A stretch of 64,000 nt of DNA from Kiritimatiellia bacterium. GTDB taxonomy: Bacteria > Verrucomicrobiota > Kiritimatiellia > UBA8416 > JAWODU01. The position numbers were made by a program, and so were the translations under genes. The DNA is taken from the NCBI GenBank assembly GCA_046483125.1, contig JAWODU010000085.1, forward strand, positions 1,430 through 65,429, read 5' to 3'. The notes beneath the pieces are model-generated. The model had not been told where the DNA came from, did not search any database, and saw nothing but the letters and a program-made list of their open reading frames with translations. Position 1 is the first letter of the stretch. Every line of letters begins with the position of its first letter. Below, in pieces: positions 19,547-30,395 of the stretch.

Positions 19547-22179
19547 AGAGAACCGCTCTCCTCCCCGTTCTCGCGGGCCTGTCTTTTCTCTGGGGATGCT
19601 CCGCGGGCCTGCCCAGGCGTTCCGGAATCGCCGAAGAATCCCTGTCTCTCATCAGGAAAACAAATGCGGAGCTTCAGCGATTCTGTCTCACCAACGGTAT
19701 GACGTGCCTCGTCCGCGAAGATCACTCAGCGCCCGTGGTGTCCATCCAGATATGGGCCGGAACGGGTTCGATACACGAAGGCCGCTGCATGGGGGCCGGA
19801 ATGTCGCACGCCGTGGAGCACATGATATTCAAGGGCACCCCGACCCGTCCGCCGGGACGGATTACCGAAGAAATAAACAACGCCGGCGGTAACATCAACG
19901 CATACACCACTCTCGACCGTACCGTCTTTCTCGTTGATATCCCCTCCAGGAACTGGCAAGTAGGACTCGATGTGCTCGCCGACGCGGTGGCAAACGCCTC
20001 CTTCCCGAAGAACGAATGGATCAAGGAACGCGACGTAATCCTGAGAGAATTTGCCATGGGAAAAGACGACCCGGACAGGGTAATCAACAAGCTTCTCTGG
20101 AGAACCGCTTATCGCGTACATCCTTACCGGTTCCCGGTCATAGGCCGCGAATACCTGTTCCGGAAGATCAGCCGTGACGATCTCTCGTCGTATTTTGCGC
20201 GGCGCTATGTGCCGGATCGCATGATAACAAGCGTGGCAGGCGATATCGACGCCGATAAAATACAAAAAGCCCTCGAAAAGGCCTTTGCCGGCTTCGACCG
20301 GGGACCCGGAGAGCCTGCCGTGGTTCCGGCGGAACCTTCCCAGGTTTCGCCCCGCCATGCTCGCCGGACCGGTTCGTATAACGTTTCCAGGCTTGAATGC
20401 GCCTGGCACACGGTCTCTCTCGATCATCCCGACGCTCCGGCGCTGGATGTCCTGGCAATCGCGGCGGGACGCGGAAAAAGTTCCAGGCTTCGGGAAACAC
20501 TTCGCGAGGAACAACAGCTTGTCGACACCATAAACGCGTGGTCATTCACGCCGAGAGACGCGGGGCTGTTCGGGATAAGCGCTTCCTTTCCCCCTGAAAA
20601 GGAACAGGACGTGATCCGGGCTCTTGAAAAAGAAACGGCCGTGTGGCGGAACTCGCTGTTTTCCGAAGCGGAAATTGAAAAAGCAAAACGCATGGTGCTC
20701 AGTTCGGAACTCTCCGACCTGCAGACAATGAAAGGCCAGGCCCGGTCATACGCCATGGGAGAGTTCTACGCGCATGATCCCCGGTTCTCCGCCGCGTATA
20801 TCGACCGCATTTCTTCGGTCACTCCCGATTCCGTGCGGAAAGCGGCGCGCAAGTACCTGATCCCTTCGAACCGCACGCTTGTCCTGCTCGCGCCGGAAGA
20901 AGAAACGGAAGAAGCTGACGTCAAGGAAACGACAATATCATGCACGGATAAGGTGGAGAAAATCGAACTGGAATGCGGCTTTCCTCTCCTGGTGCGTGAA
21001 GACCATCGTCTTCCATTTGTCTATTTCTGCGCGGCCGTCCGCGGCGGATCCATGGCCGAGACTGAATCGGACTGCGGCATAAGCAGACTTACAGCCGACA
21101 TGCTTGTGCGCGGCACGCATTCCCGTTCCAGGCGGGAAATAGCCGAACTCGTTGATGTCCGCGGGGCTAAACTCGTATCGTTTTCCGGTTATAACAGCTT
21201 CGGGCTTAAAGGACGCTGTTTTGCGGCCGACCTGCCTCTCTTTCTTGAACTGCTCAGTGACTGTCTTCTTAATCCCGCTTTCGAACCCGAAGAATTCCGG
21301 AATCAGGTGCGACTGCAGACCTCGGCTATAGACCGACAGTCCGAACAGCCCTTCCTGATGGCCCGCAAAGCCTTGAGAAAACTGCTTTTCAGCCCCCATC
21401 CCTATGCCTGGCTTCCCGTCGGCAGGAAAGAAATACTGCATGAATTGAGCGTAACCGACATCAGGCGCCATCATCACCGGCTCATCAGGTCACCCAATTT
21501 TGTCCTCTCGGTATTCGGGCACGTGGAACCGGCAGAGGTTAAAACTCTTGTCGAGAAATCATTCAGCGGTATTCCGCGCGGTAACGCTCCGCGGATAAGC
21601 CCTCTTCCTCCCGAACCCGATCTGCCGGCGCGCACAAAATCCCGTCTTCCCAGAGAACAGGCCATAGTGCTCGCCGGATTTCCGGGTATAGACGTCGCGG
21701 ATCCCCGGCGCGATGCGCTCGCGGTACTGGAAACGGCAATGAGCGGCCTTTCATCCGACCTCGCCGTTGCCATCAGAGTAAAAGAGGGTTTGGCGTATTA
21801 CGCTGGCGCGTACCAGCGGCCCGGGCTGGACCCTGGCCTGTTCGTTTTGTACGCGGGTACGCGCGAGGAAACCGTGGACAGAGTTCAGGACCTGTTCGCT
21901 GCGGAAATAGAGCGGGTAACTACCGAAGGCATCCGACAGGAAGAATTCGACAGGGCCGTAAACCGCGTGATAGCCGATTACGAAATGGGCCTCCAGAACA
22001 ACCTTGCCCTGGCCATGGATTGCGCCCTCAACGAACTTTACGGGCTGGGGTGTTCCTATAAATTTTCGACGGAAGAACGCATGCGGGCCCTGACGCCGGA
22101 AGATATCAAACAGGCGGCCTCTTCGATCCTCGCGAAAGACAGGATGGCCGTCTCTATCGTGCTTCCGGAAAGGGACTAA
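19543..22179 (+). CDS. M16 (pitrilysin-family) zinc metallopeptidase, lipoprotein
   Basis: Lipobox LWGC, HAVEH (HxxEH), NAYTT, ERDVILRE, two-lobed M16 architecture. Confidence 0.93.
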   Translation: MKRTALLPVLAGLSFLWGCSAGLPRRSGIAEESLSLIRKTNAELQRFCLTNGMTCLVREDHSAPVVSIQIWAGTGSIHEGRCMGAGMSHAVEHMIFKGTPTRPPGRITEEINNAGGNINAYTTLDRTVFLVDIPSRNWQVGLDVLADAVANASFPKNEWIKERDVILREFAMGKDDPDRVINKLLWRTAYRVHPYRFPVIGREYLFRKISRDDLSSYFARRYVPDRMITSVAGDIDADKIQKALEKAFAGFDRGPGEPAVVPAEPSQVSPRHARRTGSYNVSRLECAWHTVSLDHPDAPALDVLAIAAGRGKSSRLRETLREEQQLVDTINAWSFTPRDAGLFGISASFPPEKEQDVIRALEKETAVWRNSLFSEAEIEKAKRMVLSSELSDLQTMKGQARSYAMGEFYAHDPRFSAAYIDRISSVTPDSVRKAARKYLIPSNRTLVLLAPEEETEEADVKETTISCTDKVEKIELECGFPLLVREDHRLPFVYFCAAVRGGSMAETESDCGISRLTADMLVRGTHSRSRREIAELVDVRGAKLVSFSGYNSFGLKGRCFAADLPLFLELLSDCLLNPAFEPEEFRNQVRLQTSAIDRQSEQPFLMARKALRKLLFSPHPYAWLPVGRKEILHELSVTDIRRHHHRLIRSPNFVLSVFGHVEPAEVKTLVEKSFSGIPRGNAPRISPLPPEPDLPARTKSRLPREQAIVLAGFPGIDVADPRRDALAVLETAMSGLSSDLAVAIRVKEGLAYYAGAYQRPGLDPGLFVLYAGTREETVDRVQDLFAAEIERVTTEGIRQEEFDRAVNRVIADYEMGLQNNLALAMDCALNELYGLGCSYKFSTEERMRALTPEDIKQAASSILAKDRMAVSIVLPERD

Positions 22180-22186
22180 CCGGTAG

Positions 22187-22463
22187 TGTCAAAAGTTCCA
22201 TGAACACGGACGAATGACGAGTTGGAACACTTAATCGCACACTTAACTGCTACCCTTTGTCGTATACGCTTAAACGACTCTGTTGCAACGGCTGGCACAT
22301 GACGAGTAAGCAGGTCGGTTAAGGGTGTGCGTCCGCCGCGGCGGAAAGGGTGGCGGTTAAGAAAGCGTTTAAGTGTATTGGGAAAAGGGGGAGAGAGTCG
22401 AAAAACGGCTAATGACCTGAAACAAGGACAGTTACACAGATAAACGTGCTGTCAGCTTTGACA
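22187..22463 (+). mobile_element. MITE-like element copy 1 (TGTCAAA...TTTGACA ends)
   Basis: Positions 22216-22463 are about 97% identical by hand alignment to the reverse complement of 30396-30644. No ORF and no clear TSD. Confidence 0.6.
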
Positions 22464-22491
22464 ATACTGCGACTACAAGGAGGGAAAAATT

Positions 22492-22911
22492 ATGAACGAC
22501 AAACCGGAAAACAAGGAAAACATGGATAAGGCGCTTTTTGCCAACCTGATCATGATGCTGTCATCCTCCGCGATGCAGCAGATGGGCAATACCCCGAATC
22601 CCATAACCCAAAAAACGGAAATCAACCTCGAGGGAGCCCAGCTCACCATAGATATGCTGGAAATGCTGAAAAACCGGACCGAGGGCAATCTTGACGCCGA
22701 AGAGAGCAAAATGACCACCGACATCCTGTCCTCCCTGCAGATGGCCTACGTTCAGGCTTCTCAAACAGAGGGGGAAAAGCAGAACGAAAAAGGAGATGAG
22801 GCGGAAACGGTTCAAGAACCCGCGGACAGCGAAAAGAAGCCCGAAGAAGATTCTTCCGGCGAAGAAAAGGACTCCGGCAAAGACCCAAAATATCACAAAT
22901 CCTACGGTTAA
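22492..22911 (+). CDS. DUF1844 domain protein
   Basis: F..LIMML.SSAMQQMG..PNP......NLE.A...ID.L.ML..RT.GNL..EE. Confidence 0.85.
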   Translation: MNDKPENKENMDKALFANLIMMLSSSAMQQMGNTPNPITQKTEINLEGAQLTIDMLEMLKNRTEGNLDAEESKMTTDILSSLQMAYVQASQTEGEKQNEKGDEAETVQEPADSEKKPEEDSSGEEKDSGKDPKYHKSYG

Positions 22912-23058
22912 TTTCTTTTTCTTGTTGCCCCCCGGCTCCGCCCAACGTATTATCTGCCGCAAATCGTCCGCGGCCGTCGGCGTCCGCGGATCGGGATTCC
23001 CCCGGAAAGGAACCCTTTGCGGAGGGGTTGTGTTAACACATCAACGTGAGGAGCCATT

Positions 23059-23397
23059 ATGGGTATTGCAGCTCTCATTATCGGTATTGTGGCCGTAGTA
23101 CTGGGTTTTATTCCTTTTTGCGGCTGGTTTGCCCTGTTGCCCGCTGTAGTAGGACTTGCCCTCGGCATAGCTGAAATCTCGGTTAAGTCAAAAAAGGAAC
23201 AGCCTAAGGGCATGGGAATCGCGGGTCTTGTTCTTAACGGCGTGGCTATAGTGGTAATTCTCGTTTGGACGCTGGTTATTGCCGCGGGTGCAACAAAGGC
23301 GGCAAAAGAAGCCAAAGCGGAAATGGAAGCCGCCGGGGTCACAAACCTCCAGCAGATGATCGAAGAGGCGCAGGAAGTCTCAACGGCGACCAACTGA
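23059..23397 (+). CDS. DUF4190-like small membrane protein
   Basis: GIAALIIGIVA...GLALG.....K...KGMGIAGLVL. Confidence 0.75.
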   Translation: MGIAALIIGIVAVVLGFIPFCGWFALLPAVVGLALGIAEISVKSKKEQPKGMGIAGLVLNGVAIVVILVWTLVIAAGATKAAKEAKAEMEAAGVTNLQQMIEEAQEVSTATN

Positions 23398-23400
23398 CTC

Positions 23401-23811
23401 TTGTCTCGATCTTACAGGTCGGCAAACATGACAGTGCTGGGCCTGGTTCTCTATTGCCTGGCACTGCCTTTTTTATCGCCCTTCTTCTCGCGAATACTTC
23501 CCGACTGCCTTACGGCCTGCCCCTTTAGAACTCTCACGGGAAATCCCTGCGCCCTCTGCGGACTTACGCGCGGATTAAGGGCGCTGATAAACGGAAACGT
23601 AAAGGAGGCGGTGTCTCTTAACCCCCTGTGCGTACCGATAGCGGTATTGCTTTTTTTCGAAGCAGTGTTCAGATCGACAATGCTGATTCTTTCGCGCTAT
23701 CGGGAAATACCCGGCCGTGTGATACGACTGGACCTGTTGTTTCATATCGCGCTTCTGGCGACATACCTCGCCTATACCTCGGCATTCGCTCTCAGTACTT
23801 ACGCGTACTAA
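23401..23811 (+). CDS. DUF2752-family membrane protein (start 23401 or 23428)
   Basis: CPFRTLTGNPCALCGLTRG...A..LNP. Confidence 0.85.
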   Translation: MSRSYRSANMTVLGLVLYCLALPFLSPFFSRILPDCLTACPFRTLTGNPCALCGLTRGLRALINGNVKEAVSLNPLCVPIAVLLFFEAVFRSTMLILSRYREIPGRVIRLDLLFHIALLATYLAYTSAFALSTYAY

Positions 23812-26800
23812 GGGCCCGGTACGCCACAGTCAGCACCAGCGCGATCAACAGGCCCGCACCCCACCTCAGCATTCTGCCGCCGCTCATTTTGAAACTTACA
23901 ACCATGTCCGCTTCCGGATCCGTCTGCATGCTTCGCCTGAACATGAGTTTCCGGCCGTGAGTGGGAATTGTTATTTTTATGGCCTGCGCGCTCCTTTCGG
24001 CCGCCGCCTGCTGATCCATTATGCGTTCAGAAAGCTTCAGAAGGCTCGTATTGTCCCTCTCGGAAAGCGACTGCTGGATTCTGTTGGCGTACTCGGCGGT
24101 GAAGTTGCCCTGCCTGAAGTCCTCTATCCTGGCCACCTGGCCGGCCTGCTGTATGTTCTTGTCGAACCGCATCTTGTCGCGTCTTTGAACAAGTCCCACC
24201 AGCGCCTGCTGTTTGGCAAGGTTGCGGAACTGGATCCTGGCGTCCTCGTTAAAGGCCAAGTCGTTTTGGGACCAGTTTACGGCCGACTCCAGGGCCTTGC
24301 GCGCCAGTTTCTGCTGTCCCTGTTGTGCGTACTTCTCCCCCTTGGCCAGCACAGATTTAGCCTTTTCCTGTTCCTCTGCAATCTTGCGCAGATTGCTGAT
24401 ATTGTATTGCTGTCTGGTAAAAGCCTGGAGGACCGGTTCTTTGTCTTCGACAGGGTTCATGGTGCCGCCGAACCCATAATACAGCCTTCCCGGCACTACG
24501 TAAAACGTCCATTCTATGTCCTTCTTGAGCGGCAAACCGAACTTCGGCGCCTTGTACGAAAGCCTGCTGGAATACCATTTCCCCGGCGAAGGACTGACGT
24601 AGACCATTTCCACTTCGGTTTTCTCACCCGGCACCGGTTCTTCCAGAGGGATCCTGTACACCCCGCCCTCCTCCGAAACCGAAGCCGCCTTGCCGTTTAC
24701 GAAGGCCGACCACAGTTCCGAACCTTCTTCCGGCAGTTCTATCTCCAGGAAGCGCAGGTCCCCCACCGTCATCTCCATGCTGACCCTGGTCAGTATATCT
24801 CCCTGGCCGGATACCACCGACGTCAGTCTTGTACTGCTTACTTCGGCGGGAAGCACCTCAGCCGCTCCATGCCGTATGACCGAAAGGTCCAGTTCATACT
24901 CGCCGCCTATTGTACGGAAACAGTATACGGCGTCCGACAGGTCCCCTGCCCCGAAATACCCGGGGACGGACCGGGAATCCTCCCTCTTAAGGCCCGCCGG
25001 CGTTCCCGCCGGACGAACCTCAGCTCTCCCTTCGGACATGACCGCGAGGTAGCCTTTGCGGCTTTCCACATCAAGCGGCACGATCGCCCGGATTTTTCCC
25101 GCCTGTGTCGTCTGGTACCGGGCCTCAAGCTGGTAGTCGTTCAGGACCTTGTTGTGAAGTTCCACCTCCCATATTCCCTTTTCCCTGTCGGCTTCATGCA
25201 CTTTCGCGATGTCGCGCCCGGTCATTGCAAGGGAAATACCGGGAGCCGGGGCCTTCAGCCGGAAAGTCTTACAGCCGGCGTGCTCAATCCTGTAACGGAC
25301 ATAGGCCGTGCCCCGCATCTTTCCCTCGGACAGATCCACCCTGTGAAGGACTTCGGTCCTTATTGTCGGCTCCACCGTTTCGGCCTTCAGTTGAATCATC
25401 CATTCCGGCCGAAGCAGTTTGAAAGCGAGCGCGCCGGTCTCCCTTATTCCCAGGTCCCGCGGATTCATCTCGCTCACGCCTTTGCGCATAACCGTACTCA
25501 TGCGCACCCCGCGCTCTCCCCTTACAACCATCTGTCCGGTGTGCTTGAGAGCGTCCTGTACTGCTATACGCGGCACGTATATCGTCTCCTCCAGTCCCTT
25601 CTCAGTCCGCGCGGCCACGACGTTAAGCGTCCGGTCGCCCAGCGCCTTTTTCCTGAAATGGACGATGACTTCCCTGGGGGTCCTGCCGTCGGCTTCACCT
25701 CCCACTTCATCCCAGTGACTCACGTCCTGGCCGGTCAGACTCTCCACGTCATATTCGTCCGGTATCCCGAGGCGTACCGAGAATATCCCGGCTTTACTTA
25801 TGCCGACCTTCAGGTGGGTGGAGAGGACTATCCGTTCGTCGGACACCGACATACTGCCGTTTTCCGCCACTCTCAGTTCCGGAAGCACCCTTTCGGCTGT
25901 CACCTTCCCCGAAGCGGGCGTTTTGTGATAGCGGAAAGCTCTTTTGATTTCCGGCACTTCCTTCATTCGCGCCGCTGTGCCGACCTCACGAACCAGCCGC
26001 TCCGAAACGTCCTCGATATTCATCGGGTGCAGTCCCTCTGTTTCACTGACAAGTATTTTCACGTTGCCCGGCACAGCCAGGGCCATCGAGCCTCTCTGCC
26101 TGACCGCGTCTTTCACCTTCAATATTCCGGCCTGAACTTTATACGGAAGACCCTCGCATCCGACCTGGCTTACCACGTGAAGCGTGAAGTCACCCGTAAC
26201 GGGTTTATCCACGATAGCCTCCAGCAGGCGTGTTTCCGGATCGAAGCGCCATGTACTCAGGCCCGGGGCTTTCACCGCCGTTACCGTCATATTCTCGGGC
26301 ACCTCAACGTTCATTGATTTCAGTTCGCCCTGGGCAATCTGGTATTTCACCAGGTTCGTAAGCTCGACTACCCCCGGCTGAAACACCGCCATGGTGTTCA
26401 GTTCAGAGAAGAAAACGACCTTTTCCAGCCTGGTTTTGCGCGCACGCGGCCGCCATGAGATAAATGCCTGTCTTGACATACCGTACACGGCAATAGCCTC
26501 CGTTACGTCTTCCTTCTCCGTAGTCTTGAACAGAACCGCGTCCGGCGATTCGACTTCAAGCTCGTTTTCCGGAATCTCGAGTTTCACCCTGTTTTTCAGA
26601 TTAGGAGGAATCCTCAAGCCGAGAAACCACGCACCCTCTTTTTCCACAAGGGGCAGAGAATACTTCAGATTGATTTCGTAATCTCCCCTTTCCTCAACCG
26701 TAAGCACGTACCCGTTCACGTCCGTGCGGAGCTGGAGGGCGGAAGAATTCAGATCGTAATCCGTAAGCACGGCCGGCGGTCTCAGGACGACAAACTCACT

Positions 26801-29800
26801 GCCCTTACGCCCTTCGAATTCATATACAGCGTCCACCCTCGCGCTCTTTTCCGCTTCTTCAGTCATTTCAGGCGCCTTCACCTGTATGTTCACTTCTTTC
26901 ATCGCGGGAAGTACGTCCGTTTCAGCCTTGTCTAAGGGCTCTCCAGCCGCCCAGCCCAGCGAGGCACCGATAATACCGATGGCCACAAGGCATGATATGG
27001 TGCCGTGACCTTGCTGGTGCCGGTCCGGTTCTTCCGGCTCGTCGAACCGGTCCGGCTCCACGGTGTCTTCCGTTTCCTCCTCAAAAGGCATCCCATCAAG
27101 AGGCGCTTCTTCGGAAGGCATTTCAGGAGGCCCGGCGGGAGCCGGTCCCGCCGGAACGGGGCGCCGTGTCCCGGCCGCGTATGCCGCCTTTACAAGGCGC
27201 AACACAACCGCGACAGCCACACCCACAGCGAACATGATCGTTATCAGGTTGCGGCCTGTTTCCAGTTGCGCCAGCCCGAATGTAAGAAGCGTAAAACCAA
27301 GTGCCGTGCACCAGGCCCTGCGCTTCCGGCCGGACCTCCCCTTCAGAATAAGCCAGAGAGAAAGCACGACGGCGACAACCGCCCAGAGGAGCGAGCTGTC
27401 CGCTCCTATCCATTCCGGTACCAGGCGCAGATCCACGGCAAGCGGTTCTGCTCCTTCGAGATTAACTGTCCTTGAAACGGAAAAACTGCTGCCGGCCGCC
27501 GGCCCGCGAAAAACGTCCACGGTTCTCTCAAGGCCGCTCCACATCCGGCCCAACTGCCACAACCCTCCCGCGAACAACACGGTTATCAGCGCGACCACGC
27601 CGAGGGCTCCCTGCCATCCGAACCCTCTGCCCCGGCCGGTATTGAAGGCCACAAGGCATGTAAACAGGACTGCCGCCAGCGCGACAACCGTCCACCCCGC
27701 GAAGTCTGTCAGGGCAATTCCGTACAGCTTCAGCATATTGCGCAGGGCTTCCACTATGCCGCCGGTCCATATCGACATCGCTCTGCTCATGTTTCCCCCC
27801 GCCGTACCTACGGTGTATCCTTCGGGAAGGAAAAACTCCCATTTCGCGAAGGTATTCGGTGTATTTCCCGTTACGGGGGCAAGAAACCTCATGCTTTTCC
27901 CCAGAGCCCCGATTTCGTCCCTGCTCCGCGCGTATACCACCTCGACCCGTACAGGCTCGTTAGGGTTCCTCAGCCGCCGCACCGGAATAAGAATGCGGCC
28001 GTCTTCCTTGAGTGCCGTTACTTCCGTCTTTTCTTCATTTGCATTTATAAGAGAGGTCGACCACAGGTTCGCCTCCTCGGGAATTGAGACAATCAGGTAC
28101 TGACGCGAAAGGTTCTTGACCGAATATTCCGCCGTAGTCACCGCCTCGCCGTCTTTGCTGATTCTCGTTGACAGCATTGTCAGATCCACCACGGCGTCAA
28201 GAAGGCGTTCTGTTTCGTAGCGCTTGATGCCGATTTTCGCGGTATGCGGATGCCCGGTGTACTTGTAAGCGTCGAGAATCGGATCGTTCACCAGAAGAGT
28301 GTAGGCCTCGGGCACTTCATCACGATCGACCTTTATTATGGATTTGTCGCGTTCCTGAAGCGTCAGGTTCAGCGCCGCGGCCCCCGCAAGCATGATATAC
28401 CCCGTCTCGGTGGTGGTCTCCACGGTACTGACCCCTCCCACTGTCACCTCGTCGGCCCTGTAAGCGAATTTTCTGTCGTAGGTAACTCCAAGCGTATAGT
28501 CTCCCATTACCTTTTCCTGGAGAGATATCTCCCACACTTCGCCGTCGTGTTTCCAGCCGCGCACGTCTCTGCCCGTAAATTCCACGTTCTGAAACTCTTC
28601 CGGTATTCTTATCCTGAAAGTCTTAACGGGCGCCCCGGCAATGTGATATGTGGCCGCGGAACTGCAGTAGAGCACTCCTTCCCCTATGGACACCAGGTGG
28701 AACAATTCGGAGTGTATGGTTGGTTTTGTTCTTTCGAACTTCACGTCAAGCGACCACTCGCCCTCCTTGTACCGGTAAGCGAGCTGGGCCCCGGGCACTT
28801 TCACGGGGACCGATCCGGTTTGAACTTCCCGCAGTTTCCCGGTTTCGCACTTTTCTATCCTGAGGCCCTTTTCCACCGACAGAACCAGGTAGCCGCGCTG
28901 TGATTCAGAGTCCCTGATCACGAAAGCCGGCGCCTGAAACCGCGTCTTGTCCCCCGGAAGCGACTTTTCAAGCCGCACGTTTACCAGTGTCCGTCCTGTT
29001 ACGGCGTCCCGGAAAAACACGCTTATTTCACGTTTGCCGTTCCTGGTACGAACGTTGTAATCCGAAAGCGCCGCTCCGCTCACGTTGGCCACGATCCAGT
29101 CGGGGTCCGTCTCTATAACGATCTCCCTCGCCGGTGCGTCACGCACGTCAAGTTCCACCGAAGCCGCCAGTACCAGGTCGCTGTCCTTCACGGACAGTAC
29201 AAGCTGTTCGTTACTGCTGTATTCCGAGACAATATCGTCGATGGAAAGTTTGAGTGTATAAGGCACGTTGGCGTACTGGTAGGCGAACCTGCTCCTGGAC
29301 GGCAGTGTTCTCCCGCTTTGTTTCTTTCCCTCCAGGGCCACTTCCGGAAACGACGTCTGGTCCACCTGAGTCAGTCCGAGCGCCTTGTCCACGAGCAGTT
29401 TAATCGCGCTGTCAGTGCCCAGCATGAGGAACCCACTGCTCCGGATTACCCGCCGGGGAATAATCACCGGGAGTTCCAGTTCGCAGGGAAACTTGGGCAG
29501 AACCGTTTCGCTTTCCACCCTCAGCATATAGTCCTTTTCCTTCGGACGGCTCAGAGTCACCAGGAGCGTGCGCGCCGCCTCGCCTTCCTTTTCCTGTATT
29601 ACCCAGTCCTGTATATCCTCGCCGCGCACCTGAGTGACGCTCAGTTCCTCCGGAAGCCTCAGAGGAATCTCTTTAAGACTGCCCTGCACGACACGGTATG
29701 TGAATACGTTGTCTATTTTGAGCGCTCCCACGCTCGCCGACGCTATTGTGTTGGCGTCGCACGCCACCACCAGGTCGGCCGCGAGTTTCTTCACTTCCGG

Positions 29801-30367
29801 CTTCCATTTCACGTTGAAACTGCCCGCCAGCCCCAGAAACGCGGTTACTTCCATGTCCCCCTTGTCCGTTTTGACGCGCTCGACGTTCAGCGCGCCCGGA
29901 AAGCGGATTTCGAGGTCATCCCGGTCGCACAGAATGGACACTTTTCTTATGTCGGCGCCCGGAATGGAGAAACTGGCAGAGCGCCAATCGCCTTCCCTGG
30001 CGGCCCTTCCCGCGAATTTGAACTCTACCGTCCGTTTTCCCGAATCGAAGCTCCAGAAACCGCCCTTACGCTTCATTTTGAGAATATACCGGTCCGACCC
30101 GCGGATAAGCTCGGAATTCGAAGGAAGATCTCCTTCCAGGTAGGCCACATCTCCTATTAAAAGCGGCAGGCTCACGGCGTCCTGCTCAAGCTCTGCCGTA
30201 AACGAAAGCGTGAAAGTGATATTCTCGCCTTCTATCCTGCCGTCGAGCTTCAGCCCCGATATTTCCACTCCTTCGGTCCGTGGAAGCGCTTCCTTTTGCC
30301 CGCGAGCCCAAGCACCCGCCGGCGCCATTAACCCCGCCAACGCTATTACCGTAATCAGTCTTTTCAT
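23792..30367 (-). CDS. Giant (2191 aa) secreted/membrane protein of two homologous halves with repeated beta-sandwich-like units
   Basis: Uninterrupted ORF with N-terminal signal (AWA), SD AGGGAG, a central multi-TM block, a C-terminal TM and an internal duplication. Confidence 0.9.
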   Translation of the reverse strand: MKRLITVIALAGLMAPAGAWARGQKEALPRTEGVEISGLKLDGRIEGENITFTLSFTAELEQDAVSLPLLIGDVAYLEGDLPSNSELIRGSDRYILKMKRKGGFWSFDSGKRTVEFKFAGRAAREGDWRSASFSIPGADIRKVSILCDRDDLEIRFPGALNVERVKTDKGDMEVTAFLGLAGSFNVKWKPEVKKLAADLVVACDANTIASASVGALKIDNVFTYRVVQGSLKEIPLRLPEELSVTQVRGEDIQDWVIQEKEGEAARTLLVTLSRPKEKDYMLRVESETVLPKFPCELELPVIIPRRVIRSSGFLMLGTDSAIKLLVDKALGLTQVDQTSFPEVALEGKKQSGRTLPSRSRFAYQYANVPYTLKLSIDDIVSEYSSNEQLVLSVKDSDLVLAASVELDVRDAPAREIVIETDPDWIVANVSGAALSDYNVRTRNGKREISVFFRDAVTGRTLVNVRLEKSLPGDKTRFQAPAFVIRDSESQRGYLVLSVEKGLRIEKCETGKLREVQTGSVPVKVPGAQLAYRYKEGEWSLDVKFERTKPTIHSELFHLVSIGEGVLYCSSAATYHIAGAPVKTFRIRIPEEFQNVEFTGRDVRGWKHDGEVWEISLQEKVMGDYTLGVTYDRKFAYRADEVTVGGVSTVETTTETGYIMLAGAAALNLTLQERDKSIIKVDRDEVPEAYTLLVNDPILDAYKYTGHPHTAKIGIKRYETERLLDAVVDLTMLSTRISKDGEAVTTAEYSVKNLSRQYLIVSIPEEANLWSTSLINANEEKTEVTALKEDGRILIPVRRLRNPNEPVRVEVVYARSRDEIGALGKSMRFLAPVTGNTPNTFAKWEFFLPEGYTVGTAGGNMSRAMSIWTGGIVEALRNMLKLYGIALTDFAGWTVVALAAVLFTCLVAFNTGRGRGFGWQGALGVVALITVLFAGGLWQLGRMWSGLERTVDVFRGPAAGSSFSVSRTVNLEGAEPLAVDLRLVPEWIGADSSLLWAVVAVVLSLWLILKGRSGRKRRAWCTALGFTLLTFGLAQLETGRNLITIMFAVGVAVAVVLRLVKAAYAAGTRRPVPAGPAPAGPPEMPSEEAPLDGMPFEEETEDTVEPDRFDEPEEPDRHQQGHGTISCLVAIGIIGASLGWAAGEPLDKAETDVLPAMKEVNIQVKAPEMTEEAEKSARVDAVYEFEGRKGSEFVVLRPPAVLTDYDLNSSALQLRTDVNGYVLTVEERGDYEINLKYSLPLVEKEGAWFLGLRIPPNLKNRVKLEIPENELEVESPDAVLFKTTEKEDVTEAIAVYGMSRQAFISWRPRARKTRLEKVVFFSELNTMAVFQPGVVELTNLVKYQIAQGELKSMNVEVPENMTVTAVKAPGLSTWRFDPETRLLEAIVDKPVTGDFTLHVVSQVGCEGLPYKVQAGILKVKDAVRQRGSMALAVPGNVKILVSETEGLHPMNIEDVSERLVREVGTAARMKEVPEIKRAFRYHKTPASGKVTAERVLPELRVAENGSMSVSDERIVLSTHLKVGISKAGIFSVRLGIPDEYDVESLTGQDVSHWDEVGGEADGRTPREVIVHFRKKALGDRTLNVVAARTEKGLEETIYVPRIAVQDALKHTGQMVVRGERGVRMSTVMRKGVSEMNPRDLGIRETGALAFKLLRPEWMIQLKAETVEPTIRTEVLHRVDLSEGKMRGTAYVRYRIEHAGCKTFRLKAPAPGISLAMTGRDIAKVHEADREKGIWEVELHNKVLNDYQLEARYQTTQAGKIRAIVPLDVESRKGYLAVMSEGRAEVRPAGTPAGLKREDSRSVPGYFGAGDLSDAVYCFRTIGGEYELDLSVIRHGAAEVLPAEVSSTRLTSVVSGQGDILTRVSMEMTVGDLRFLEIELPEEGSELWSAFVNGKAASVSEEGGVYRIPLEEPVPGEKTEVEMVYVSPSPGKWYSSRLSYKAPKFGLPLKKDIEWTFYVVPGRLYYGFGGTMNPVEDKEPVLQAFTRQQYNISNLRKIAEEQEKAKSVLAKGEKYAQQGQQKLARKALESAVNWSQNDLAFNEDARIQFRNLAKQQALVGLVQRRDKMRFDKNIQQAGQVARIEDFRQGNFTAEYANRIQQSLSERDNTSLLKLSERIMDQQAAAERSAQAIKITIPTHGRKLMFRRSMQTDPEADMVVSFKMSGGRMLRWGAGLLIALVLTVAYRALSTRKY

Positions 30368-30395
30368 ATCGGCCTTTCTCCCTTTATCTTCGTAC

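Noticed and set aside
22187-22463. Autonomous IS, or an outward sigma70 promoter at the terminal TTGACA
   Set aside because: The element is too short and has no transposase ORF. No -10 box lies 16-18 nt downstream of TTGACA in either copy.
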